Assembly: GCF_009914755.1 (NCBI RefSeq)
Contig: NC_060947.1
Length of the DNA stretch: 64,000 bases
Direction: 5' to 3' (one strand)
From: the human T2T-CHM13v2.0 reference genome, Homo sapiens
Shown here: piece by piece, positions 47,357 to 60,025 of the stretch
Layout of the letters: each line of letters starts with the position of its first letter
Numbering within the stretch: the stretch's first letter is position 1
The notes under the pieces: model-generated
What the model saw: only the letters and a program-made list of their open reading frames with translations
Databases searched by the model: none
What the model was told of the DNA's origin: nothing
Position numbers and translations under genes: made by a program

Positions 47357-47623
47357 TTAGGTGGATTTCCGGTGAGGTGATGCACCTCTGAAACCCTTGC
47401 TAAGTAGAGTATGTTCCAGTTCAACCAGCTTGTTTTCCACCATACTGAGGTTTACCAATATTCGCTTCTGCCTGGCTATTGAGTGTGGGAAATTATTTAA
47501 AATATCCCGAGAGAGGTCGTAGACTGCAAGATTGTTGTCTGTATTGCTGTTAATTAACCCAGAAGAAGAGGGTCTCACTAGTGCAAGAGCAGTTGAATTT
47601 GATGACATTTCGCCAGTGTTTCT
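47357..47623 (-). CDS. CT83: CT83 (KK-LC-1) coding exon 2
   Basis: RNTGEMSSNST...NTDNNLAVY...RQKRILVNL...PHRKST*. Acceptor ccctttctttacag|, 267 nt. Confidence 0.95.
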   Translation of the reverse strand, partial: RNTGEMSSNSTALALVRPSSSGLINSNTDNNLAVYDLSRDILNNFPHSIARQKRILVNLSMVENKLVELEHTLLSKGFRGASPHRKST

Positions 47624-48395
47624 CTGTAAAGAAAGGGAATTATACATACGTAGTTTATCGAATTAAGCAATTTCCAAACTACCGAAACAACTTGTTTAAT
47701 CTTGGTCACCAAAATAAACTGATTTCCCCTAATATGTCGAGATTAAAAATGTATTGAATTACTACATTAATTCAAAAATATATTCTTCCAAAACCAGACT
47801 GAGAAAAAAAATATATGAAAGTAGCCGTTAGTGACAAAGTTCCATATCCTTTCCTTACATTTCCTGTAAGGAAAGCAGCCCAGTAGGTAAACATATGAAC
47901 CCTTGTCTTTGACTCTTATCTAAAAGCACCTCACTTGTGACTTTAACACCAGAAAATCCACATTCACACTCGAATTATTTGTGAATGCCCAGAAAGCACC
48001 ATAAAATAAAGATGGTGAGATTAGCAAACAGACACGTGGGAGAGGAGAAGCAAGAGAAGAAAGAGAGAAGGTAAGATTCTTAAAGTGGAGAGATGGTGGT
48101 GGGGAATGGGCACTGACAACTGCACTTTGATCTCCAATGAGTGGAAAGCTGACCATATTACTTAGGGACTTGGGGCTTTTTAGAAGAGACCAGAACTGTC
48201 GAATCACTGGTCAGAATACAGGAATTGCGGGAGTAAGCGGTAAAAGTCTGGGGCTCCTTTGAGCGAAAAGGAGAGATGAGGTGATCTCCCCTTACCTCTC
48301 ATTTTACTGTATTTTACTCTCTTACATATACACTCCCAAGTCCATATACTCATCTAGCTTCATCTAATTCAAATCTCCCTTACATTCACCATTAC

Positions 48396-48470
48396 CTGAA
48401 AGCGGCGATATTTCCAGAAGACAATCAAGGCACACAGAATGCTGCTCGCTAGGAGTAAATAGAAGTTCAT
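48396..48470 (-). CDS. CT83: CT83 coding exon 1 (MNFYLLLASSILCALIVFWKYRRFQ, hydrophobic signal/anchor)
   Basis: ATG in aaacATGa context, donor CAG|gtaatg, 75 nt. Joins exon 2 in phase 0 to give 113 aa. Too short for the ORF track. Confidence 0.93.
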
Positions 48471-48845
48471 GTTTCCTCTTCGGCCTCTTCTCCCTTCTCG
48501 GGACGGACCCCCTCAGCTGGTAGTTGGGAAGCAGTGGGCCTCTAGCCGCCTGGATTTGGGAAACTTTGGGCCAGGATGCCTGGTGTAACTGGGAAGTTCT
48601 GTGTTGTCCCGCTTTATGTACGGCTGAGGGCGCGAGACCTCACAATTGGGCACGCAAGCGGCGGTGCCACGCCACAATGAGATGATGTAAAAACCGGCCC
48701 TGCCGGAAACCAGGCGGCACTTAGTACCGCCTACCTGGTTAGTTTCAAGTCCTTAGAGAGGAGAGTGAAAGACAGTGAGGAAGTTTGGGATTTCTGGGAA
48801 GCCGAAAGGTAGTAGAAGGACAGGCTGTAAATGGATTGGTTAAAT
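48471..48845 (-). promoter_or_regulatory. CT83: CT83 5'UTR/promoter with a small CpG-enriched patch
   Basis: Local GC and CpG enrichment at about 48480-48730 outside any Alu, ETS-like CCGGAA near 48703, CCAAT on the - strand at 48835-48839. Confidence 0.7.
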
Positions 48846-49157
48846 AGAATATTTAAAGTGCTCCTACCTTTTAAAAAATATGTCTTTGCTACAACCACTG
48901 CTTTATTCACTTCAAAAACAAGACAAAAATGTAATGTAAAAAGTAGTTACCCCCAAATTATCTTTGCCAGAAACTACCTCCTCCACAGTCACCTTGCTAT
49001 TTTAGCTTTTACTCCAACCCTAGTTACATTGGAATAATTATGTACATTTGTATCATTTTACAGTTTAAGAAATAATTCTGGGGACATTTTCACATATAAA
49101 CCTCACAACAAATTTGTACTAAAGGTATTTTTTTTTAATTTCAAGTTTATACCATGA

Positions 49158-49476
49158 CATTTATTTTTATTTTATTTTTCATCAACTTTTAAGTTCCGGG
49201 ATACATGTGCAGGATCTGCAGGTCTGTTACATATGTAAATGTGTGCCATGGTGGCCTGCTGCACAGATCAACCAATCACCGAGGTATTAATTAAGCCCAG
49301 CACCTATTACCCCAACACCCATTAGCTGTTCTTCCTGATGCTCTTCCTCCCCACCGATCCCGCCGCCCCCCACAGGCCACAGTGCGTTTTGTTACCCCTT
49401 ACTATGTGTCATGTGTTCTCATCGTTCAGCTCTCACTAGCTCCTACTTATAAGTGAAAACATGTGGTGTTTGGTTC
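49158..49476 (-). mobile_element. Truncated L1P 3' end
   Basis: aacttttaagttccgggatacatgtgcagg...cttataagtgaaaacatg. Confidence 0.85.
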
Positions 49477-50711
49477 TCCAGAGCCAAGGTATTTTTACTA
49501 TGTCTATTTTTGCAAATGTGGAAACAGATTCAGGTGTTAAATTCATTTGAAACTAATAGCAAAAGCAGGACTTGAATCCATGGAGTTTGAGCTCTGAGAT
49601 AAACTCCCCCATTCTCCTCCTTATACACATGATCTCCACCTCCACTCTGATTTGTGAGCATGAAGTATTTTATATTCTCCTACCAAGGTACTGAACATTG
49701 TATTTGGAGTTGTATTAATGGGACGTAACACATACAGAAATAATTGCACTAGACAGGTTAGAAATGTTCAGGAAATTCAGTTAAATGTAGACTATGACAC
49801 TGACCTAAAGACCTGGAACTAAAAATAATACCCACGGTAATCTTAAGGTGAGTGCCCAAATGCAATCCAGTAACTCTGCTAGGTAAACAACCCTCATCTT
49901 CATATAGATGGGAAGGGGAGAAATTACATTTTTAATTTTTTTCATATCACACCATTTCCTAGTTATGAGTACAAAGCTTAAAGTTTTATTGATTCAATGA
50001 ATATTTATTAAACACTTATATACTAGACACTGTTCTGTATTTTAAGAATCTGATTATAAGCAAAAATAAAGTCTTTCTCCACCTGGAATGTGCACTCTAG
50101 TTTAAGAGGCAGACATTAATCAAATACAGAAATGTATGTGAAAGTGCTGAGATAAATGGTACCAAAAAGTACCTGGTGGTGTGGGAGCTCATAATAGAAT
50201 ATAGGATCTAAAGAGGAGTGAAGTTCCTGGCTTTATGGCTTACTCAATTGGATGAATAGGAGATAAAAAAGTATGGAGTTGCTGGTCATGAATTTAGTCT
50301 TGGACAAATGCAGTTTGAGGTGGCTTTGAGACATGAAATAAATGCTCCCAGGGAGATAAGCCAAGACATAAATTTGTGAGTCATCTACATATAAATCATA
50401 ATTGAAATTTTAGATATAAAAGAAATTTCTTCATGTCAGTCTAGGAAGTACAAATGAAGACAAATTTGAATAGAGCATTGAAAGATTTTAATATTTAATA
50501 ACTGGGCAATAACACTTCTATTAGTATGTGATTGTGGGCTTCCTGGCATCTAAATTTTCTGTTTCATTGAATAACATTGAGTGAAGCCCATTAACCTTAT
50601 CTCTAACAATAGGATATTGAATTTTGATCCTACTGGTATTTAAGTGGAAACTTCAGAAATATTTGAAAATATTATCATCAAACACATTAAAGTACTGTTG
50701 CTAACCATTGA

Positions 50712-53700
50712 TTTTTTCATTTTACTTTTTATTATAAAACATATATGACATAGAATTTAACATTTTAATCAATTTTAAGTGTATAGTTTTGTGGCAATAA
50801 GTACAATCACATGGTTGTATAAACATTAGCCATCCATCGCCAGAACTTTTTCATCTTCCCCAACTGAAACTCTATATTTATGAAACATTAACTTCCCATT
50901 TTCCCCTTTCCCTAGTCCTTGACAACCCCCCTTCTATTTTCTGTCTCTATTAATTTGACTACATTAGATACCTCATGGAAGTGGAATTACACAATATTTG
51001 TCCTGTCCTGAAGGGCTTATTTCAATGAGCATAATATACTCAAGTTTCATCCATGTTGTACCATGTGTCATAATTTCCTTTTTTTTCAGGAAGGGTAGGC
51101 TGAATAATATTCCACTGTATGTGTATACCATGCTTGGCTTTTCCATTCTTCTGTCGATAAACTTTTGTGCTGTTATCATGTTTTAGTATTGTGCATAATG
51201 CTGCTTTGAACATGGATGTACAACTATATCTTCAAGACCCTGCTTTTAATTCCTTTGGGTATATACCCAGAAATGGAATTTCTGGATAATACAGTAATTC
51301 TATTTTTAATTTTTCAGGAACTTCATGATGTTTTCCACAGCTGCTACACCATTTCATATTCCATGAACAGTGCACAAGGTTTCCAATTGCTCCATATCCT
51401 CCTCAACAATTGTTATTTTCTGTTTTCTTGCTTTTGTTTATATAGTAGCCATCCTAATGGTTATGAAGGGTATTTCACTGTGACTTTCATTTGCATTTAT
51501 GATTAGTGATATTGAATGTCTTATGTGCTTATATCTTCTTTGGAGAAATCTCTATTCAAGTCCTTTCCTGGTTTTTAATTTGTTTGTTTGTTTTCTGTTG
51601 TTACTGAGTTGTAAAAGTTCTTTATATATTCTGGATACCAATCTCTTATCAGATATTTGCATTGCAAATATTTTATTTCTTCCTGTGAGTTGCTTTTTCA
51701 CTGTTTTAATAACGTCCTTTAAGGCACAAAGCTTTTAATTTTGATGAACTCCACTTTACCTACTTTTTCTTTTGTTGCCTGTAATTTTGGTGTCATATCT
51801 TGAAAATCACTGCCAAATCTAACATCATGAAGCTTTTTTCAAATGTTCCTTCTAAGAGTCTTATTGTCTTACCCCTTAAGTTTAGGTATTTGATTCCCTT
51901 GAGTTAATTTTTGCATATTTTCTAAAGGGTCCAACTTTATTCTTTAGCATATGGAGATCCAGTTTTCCCAGCACCATTTATGGAAAACACTAATTATTCC
52001 TCATTGAATAGTCTGGGTACCCTTGTTGACAATCAATTGACCATACATTCAAGGGTTTATTTCTGTGCTCTCTGTTCCGTTGGCTCATGTGTGTCTTTAT
52101 GTTAGTAGCACATTTTTTTTTTTATTACCATAGCTTTGTGGTAAGTTTTGAAATCAACAAATGTGTGTCCTCTAACTTTGTTCTTATTTCTCAAGATAAT
52201 TTTGGCCATTTAATGTCTCTTGTGTTTCCAAGTAAATTTTAGCATGGATTTTGATATTTCTGCGAAAAACATCTTTGGGATTTTCGTAAGTCTTGCTTTG
52301 ACTCTGTAGATCACTTTGGGTGGTATCGACATTTTAAGATTATTAACACTTTCACCCCAATATTATGGTATATATTTTCATTTATTTGTATCTTCTTTAA
52401 ATTCTTTCAGCAGCATTTTGTAGTTTCTAGTGTATAAGTAATTTGCCTCCTTTGTCAAGTGCATTTCTGTGTTTTACTGTTTTTGAGACTATTGAAAATG
52501 GACTTGTTTTCTGAATTTTCTTTTCAGATTTTATTCTTAGTGGACAAAAGTGCAAGTGATTTTTGAGTGTGGATTTTACATCTTGCAACTTTGCTGCATC
52601 CTTTTATTAGTTCTAATTTCGAGTGTGTGTGTCAAGGTGTGTGTGTATGTATCGGTGTGTGTGTGTGCAATATTTAGGACTTACTAAATATAAGATCATG
52701 TTATTTGCAAACAGAGATCATTTTACTTCTTCCTTTTCTATTTGGAGATCTTTTGTTTCGTTTTTCTTTTTTAATTGCTCTGGCAAGGACTTTTAGTACC
52801 ATGTTAAGCACAACTGGCAAGAGAGGGCATCCTTGCCCTTTTCCATGTCTTACAAGAAAAGCTTTTAGCCTTTTATCATTGAGGATGTTTGATTCCTAGT
52901 TTGTTGAGGGTTTTCATCTTGAAGGCTGTTAAATTTTGTCAAATATTTTTCTGCATCAATTCACATGATTGTGTGCTTATTTCCTTTTAATTCTGTTAAT
53001 GTGATGCATTACGCTGACTGATTTTTATATATTGAACTATCTTTGCTTTCCAGGAATGAATTCTACTTGGTTATGGTGTATAATTTTTTAAATATTCTGT
53101 TGACTTCAGTTGGCTACCAGTTAAAAATATACAATTTTAGAGAAGCTTCAGATCCACAGAAAAATTGAGCAGGAAGTACAGATATTTACCATATGCCTCC
53201 AGCTCTCACACATGCATGGTCTCCCGGACTTTCAGCATCCCGTGATCAGGGTGGTGAATTTGTCACAACTGATGAATCTAAATTAACACCTATTTATCAT
53301 ACAGAGTCCATAGTTTATATTAGGATTCACTTGAGCATTGTACATTCTATGGGTTTGGCAAATTTATAATGACATGTATCCACCATTATTGTATTGTACA
53401 AAGTAGTTTCACTGACCTAAAAATCCTATGTGCTCTACCTATTTACACCTCCCTCACCTCAACCCTTGTAAACCACTGATCATATTACTGTATCCATAGT
53501 TTTGCCTTTTCCAGAATGTCATATAGTTGGAATCATACAATTTGTAGCCTTTCCTGATTGGGTTCTTTTTCTTAGTAATATGCACTTAGGTTTCCTCCAT
53601 GTCTTTACATGGATTCAGAGCTCATTTCTTTTCAGTCCTGTCTGGATGTTCAAAAGTTTATCTATTAACCTACTCAAAGACATCTTGGTTGCTTCCAAGT

Positions 53701-54558
53701 ATTTGCAATTATGAAAAAAGCTGCTATAACCATCCATGTGCAGGGTTGTGTGTGGACATAAGTTTTTAACTTTTTTGAGTAAATATCAAGGAATATGACA
53801 GATGGATTATATGGTAAAGGTTTACTTAGTTTTGTAAAAAACAACCAACTGTCTTCCAAAGTGACTATAACATTTTGCTTTCCTCCAGCACTAAATGAGA
53901 GTTCCTGTTGCGCCACATTCTTGACAACATTTGGTGTCAGTGTTCTGGATTTTGGCAATCCTAATAGATGCATAGTAATATCTCATTCTTGCTTTAATTT
54001 GGATTGTTCAGATGATATCTGATGCTTGGCATATTTTTGTATGCTTATTTGCCATCTGTATATTTCTTTGGTGAGGTATCAGTTAAGATTTTTGTCTCGT
54101 TTTAAAATCAGATTTTTTGTTTTCTTATTATTGAGATTTAACAGTTTTTTGTATATTTTGGATAGCAGTCCAGTATCAGATATTGTTTGAAAATCTTTTC
54201 TCCTAGTCTTTGGCTTATCTTTTTATTACCTTGACTGTGCCTTTCACAGAGGAGGAAATTTTAATTTGAATAAAATTCAGCTTATCTTGTTTTCATGGAC
54301 TGTGCCTTTGGTGTTGCATCTAAAATGTCATCACCAAACTCACTTTACATTTAGATCTGTGATTCATCTTGAGCTCATTTTTATGAAGGTCGTAGGGTCT
54401 GTCTGTGGATTTATTTTGTGCATGTGGATGTCCCGTTATTCTGCCACCATTAATTGAAAGATTATGTTTGCTCCATTGTATTGTCAAAGATCAGTCAACT
54501 ATATTTATGTGGGTCTGTTTCTGGTCTCTGTATTTTGTTTCATTCATCTGTCTATCCC
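50712..54558 (-). mobile_element. Two adjacent old L1 3' fragments (L1MB/MC-like, junction near 53120)
   Basis: Two separate L1 3'UTR starts (about 50712 and 53125), each followed by ORF2 C-terminal motifs (ORFs 50973..51179 and 53674..53973). Confidence 0.8.
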
Positions 54559-57500
54559 TTTTTTTGAAATGAGATCTTGGTATATTGCCCAGGCTTGTCT
54601 CAAACTCCTGGGCTCTAGGTACATGGCGGGTATATATATTTATGGGGCAGGTGAGATGTTTTGATATAGGCATGCAAGGTGTAATAATTGCTTCATGGAA
54701 GATGGGGTATCTAACTCTTCAAGCATTTATGTTTTGTATTTCAAGCAAACCAGTTATACTTTTTTAGTCATCTATTTTTTATTATTTTTAAACAATTTTA
54801 GAATTAAATTATTATTGACTATAGCTACCTCATTGTGCTACCAAATACTAGGCCACTTCTATTCATTCTGCGTTTTTTGTACCTATTAATCATCCTCATT
54901 CCCTGCCTCCACCACCACCTTCCTCGCTTCCCTTCCCCGCTTCTGGTAACCTTCTTCCTACACTTTATGTCCATAAGTTCAATTGTTTTGACTTTTAGAT
55001 CCCACAAATAAATGACAACATGCCATGTCAGTCTTTCTCTGCCTGCCTTATTTTGCTTAAACTTGATCTCCAGTTCCATCCATGTTGTTACAAATGACAG
55101 GATTTAATTTTTTTATGACTAAATAGCAATCTATCATGTAAATATACCACATTTTATCTATTCAACTGTTGAAAAACACTTAGGTCACTTCCAAATCTTG
55201 ACTATTTGCAGCAAACATGGGAGTGCAGACATCTCTTTTATATACTGACTTCTTTTGAATATATACCCACCACTGGGATTACTGGATTATATGGTAGCTC
55301 TCTTTTATTTTATTTTTTTGAGGAAACTCAGAGTGGTTGTACTAATTTCCATTCCAACCAATAGCATATGATGGTTCCCTTTTTCTCCACATTCTTTCCA
55401 GCATTAGTTATTGCCTGTCTTGGATACAAGCCATTTTAACTGGGGTGAGATGGTATCTTATTGTAGTTTTGATTTGCATTTCTCTGATGATCGATGATGT
55501 TCAGCACTTTTTCATATGCCTAATTCCCATTTGTATGTCTTCTTCTGAGAAATACCTCTTCAAATCCTGTGCTCATTTTTTATGGTGTTATTGGATTTAT
55601 TTCTATAGAGTTGTTTGAGCTCCTTATGTGCTCTAGCTGTTAATCCCTTGTCAGATGGATAGTTTGCAAATATTTTCTCTCATTCTTTGAGTTTACTCTT
55701 CACTTTGTTGATTGTTTCTTTTGCTGTACACAAGCTTGTTAGCTTGATGTGATCCCATTTGTCCATGTCTGCTTTGGTTGTCTGTGCTCAATAAACGTTT
55801 GCCTAGAACAATATCCTGGAGGTTTTCTCCAATTTTTTGTAGTAGCTTCATAATGTGAGGTTGTAGATTAAAATCTCTAGTCCATTTGATTTGATTTTTG
55901 TATCTGGTGAGAGATAAAGGTGTGATTTTCTTTCTCTGCATATGAATATACAGCTTTTCCCAGCCCAATTTATTGAAGAGACTCTCTTTTCATCAGTATA
56001 TGTTTTTGACACCTTTGACAAAAATGAGTTCAATGTAGGTGTGTGGATTTTTTCAGGTTCTCTAATCTGTTCCATTGGTCTATGTGTCTGTTTTTATGCC
56101 AGTAACATGCCGTTTTGGTCTATAGCTCCGTAGTATAATTTGAAGTGAGGTAATGTAATTCCTCCAATTTTGTTCTTTTTTAGGATAGCTTTGGCAATTC
56201 TGAGTGTCTTCTGGTTCCATATAAACTTCAGATTTTTTTTCCATTTCCATGAAGAATGATATTGGTATTTTGATAAGCATTACATTGAATCTGTATATTG
56301 CTTTGAGTAGTATGAACATTTTAAAAATATGGATTCTTCTAATTCATGAACATGGAATTTCTTTCCATTTTACGGTTTCATCTTCAATTTCATTCATTAG
56401 TGTTTTACAGTTTTTATTATACGGATATTTTACTTACTTTGGTTAAATTAATTCATAGGTATTTTATTTTAATTTGTGGCTATTGAAAATGAGATTATTG
56501 TTTAAAATTTATTGTTCACATTGTTCATTGTTGGCATGTTGAAATGCTACTGATTTTTGTGTGAATTTTGTATTCTGAAACTTGAGTGAATTTATCAGCT
56601 TTAATAGTTTTTTTGTAGTCTCTAGGTTTTTCTAAATATAAAATTATACCACCGGCAAACAAGAATACTTTTACTTCTTTCATTCTAATTTGTATGTCAT
56701 TTATTTCCTTCTGTTAGATTGCTCTAGCTAGGATTTCCAGTACTATGTTGAATAGCAGTAGTAAAAGTGAGAACCCTTGTTGTGTTCCAGATCTTAGAGA
56801 AAAGGATTTCAGTTTTTCTCCATTCAGTATGATACTGGCTGTGGGTCTGCCATATGTGGCTTTTATTACATTGAGGTATGTTCTTTCTATACCTAGATTT
56901 TTGATGGTTTTTATCAAAAAGGGATGTTGAATTTTATTAAATGCCTTTTCAGCATCAATTGAAATGCTCATATGGTTTTTATTTGTCATTTTATTGATAT
57001 ATCACATTGATTGATTTGTGTATGTTAAACCACCCCTGCATCTCAGGAATAAATCCTATTTGGTCATGATGAGTGATCTTTTAAATGTCTGGTTGAATTT
57101 GACATGCTAGTATTTTGTTGAAGATGTTTGCATCAATATTCATCAGAGATCTTGCACAGTGATTTTTTTTGATGTGTTTTTGTCTGGTTTTGGTATCAGG
57201 GCAATACTGGCCTCATAGAATGAATTTTAAGTTTTTCCTCCTTCTCTATTTTTTGGAATAGTTTGAGTAGGGTTGGTATTAGTTCTTCTTTAAATATTTT
57301 GTGGAATTCAGCAGTAAAGCCATTGAGTTCCAGGCTTTTCTTTACTGATAGATTTTTTTTAACTGCTTTTAACTCATTACTTGTTATTGGTCTGTCCAGG
57401 TTTTGGATTTCTCCCTGGTTCCATCATGCTAGGTTGTATGTGCCTAGGAATTTGTACATTTCCCGAATATTCCAATTTATTGGCATATAGTTGCTCATAG

Positions 57501-57605
57501 TAGCCACTAAAGATTTTTTGAATTCCTGCAGTATCAGTGGCAATGTTTCCTTTTGGATGTCTGATTTTATTCATTTGGATCTTTTCACTCTCCTTTTTTT
57601 ATGTC

Positions 57606-57819
57606 TTTTTTTATTTTTATTTTTTATTATACTTTAAGTTTTAGGGTACATGTGCACAAAGTGCAGGTCAGTTACATATGTATACATGTACCATGTTGGT
57701 GTGCTGCACCCATTAGCTAGTTATTTAACATTAGGTATATCTCCTAATGCTATCCCTCCCCGCCTCCCCCCACCCCACAACAGGCCCCAGTGTGTGATGT
57801 TCCCCTTCCTGTGTCCAAA
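57606..57819 (-). mobile_element. Short young L1PA 3' end nested in L1MA
   Basis: attatactttaagttttagggtacatgtgcac...ctgtgtccaa, after which the host L1 resumes. Confidence 0.88.
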
Positions 57820-59120
57820 AGTCTGGCTAAAGGTTTGTCCATTTTATTTAACTTTTCAAAAAAAACTTTTTGTTACATTGATCATTTGTATTGTTTTCTT
57901 CATTTAAAATTTCATTTACTTCTGCTATGATTATTATTATTTCTTTTCTCCTATTAATTTTTAGTTTTGTTTGCTCTCACTTCTCTTGTTCTTTAAGATG
58001 CATCATTAGATTGTTTATTTGAAGTTTTTCCTCTTTTCTCATGGGCACACTTACTTATAGCTATAAGCTTCTCTCCTAGTATTGGTTTTGCTGTATCTAA
58101 TAGGTTTTGCTATGTTGTGTTTCTATTATCATTTGTTACAAGAATTGTTTTCAATTTCTTTCTTAATTTTTTCATTGATACACTGGTAATTTGGGAGTAT
58201 ATTGTTTAATTTCCATGTATTTGTATAGTTTCCAAAATTCCTTATTATTGATTTCTAGTTGCATTCTACTGTGGTCAGAGAAGATGCTTGATATTACATC
58301 AATGTTTTGAATATTTTAAGACTTGTTTTGTGACCTAACATAAATATTCTTGAGAGTGATCCATGTGCTGAGGAAAAGGATGTGTATTCTGTACCACTTG
58401 GAAATGTTCTGCAAATATTTAGCAGATCTATTTGCTCTATAGTGCAGATTAAGTCCAATGTTTCTTTGTTGATTTTCTCTCTGGAAAATCTGTCCAATGC
58501 TGAAAGTAGGGTGTTGAAGTCTGGTTCCACCTATTATTGTATAGGGGCCCGTCTCTCTCTTTAGCTCTAATAATATTTGCTTTATATAACTGGATCCTTC
58601 AGTATTGGGTGGATATATATTTAAAATTGTCATATCCTCTTGCATTAACCCTTTTATCATTATATAGTGACATTCTTTGTGTCTTCTTACAATTTTTTTC
58701 TTGAAATCTATTTTATGTGAGAAAAGTACAGCTACTCCTGCTCTTTCTTGTTTCCATTTGCTTGGAATAACTTTTCCATCTTTCGATTTTCATTCTTTAT
58801 CTGTGTTTATAGGTGACGTGTGTTTCTTGTAGGCAACAGATCAAGGGGGTCTTGTTGTTGTTGTTGTTGTTTTTCCATTCAGCTACTATGTGTCTTTTGA
58901 TTGGAGAGCTTAGTCCATTTACATTAAATGTTATTATTGGTAGGTAAGGACTTACTTCCATTTTGTTATTTGTTTTCTGGTCTTCTCTTTGTTCTTGATT
59001 TCCTTTCTCTCATCCTTCAGCAAAGGTGATTTGCTCTGGTGATACAATTTCGTTTCTGGCTTTTAAAAAATATTCATTGTATTTTGTTTGGTTTGAAGTT
59101 ACCATAAGGCTTGTAAATTC

Positions 59121-60025
<905 letters not shown>

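Noticed and set aside
47920-48207. 95-aa - strand ORF inside the CT83 intron as an extra exon
   Set aside because: Non-ATG start and low-complexity S/L/P content. The two exons already give the complete 113-aa protein.
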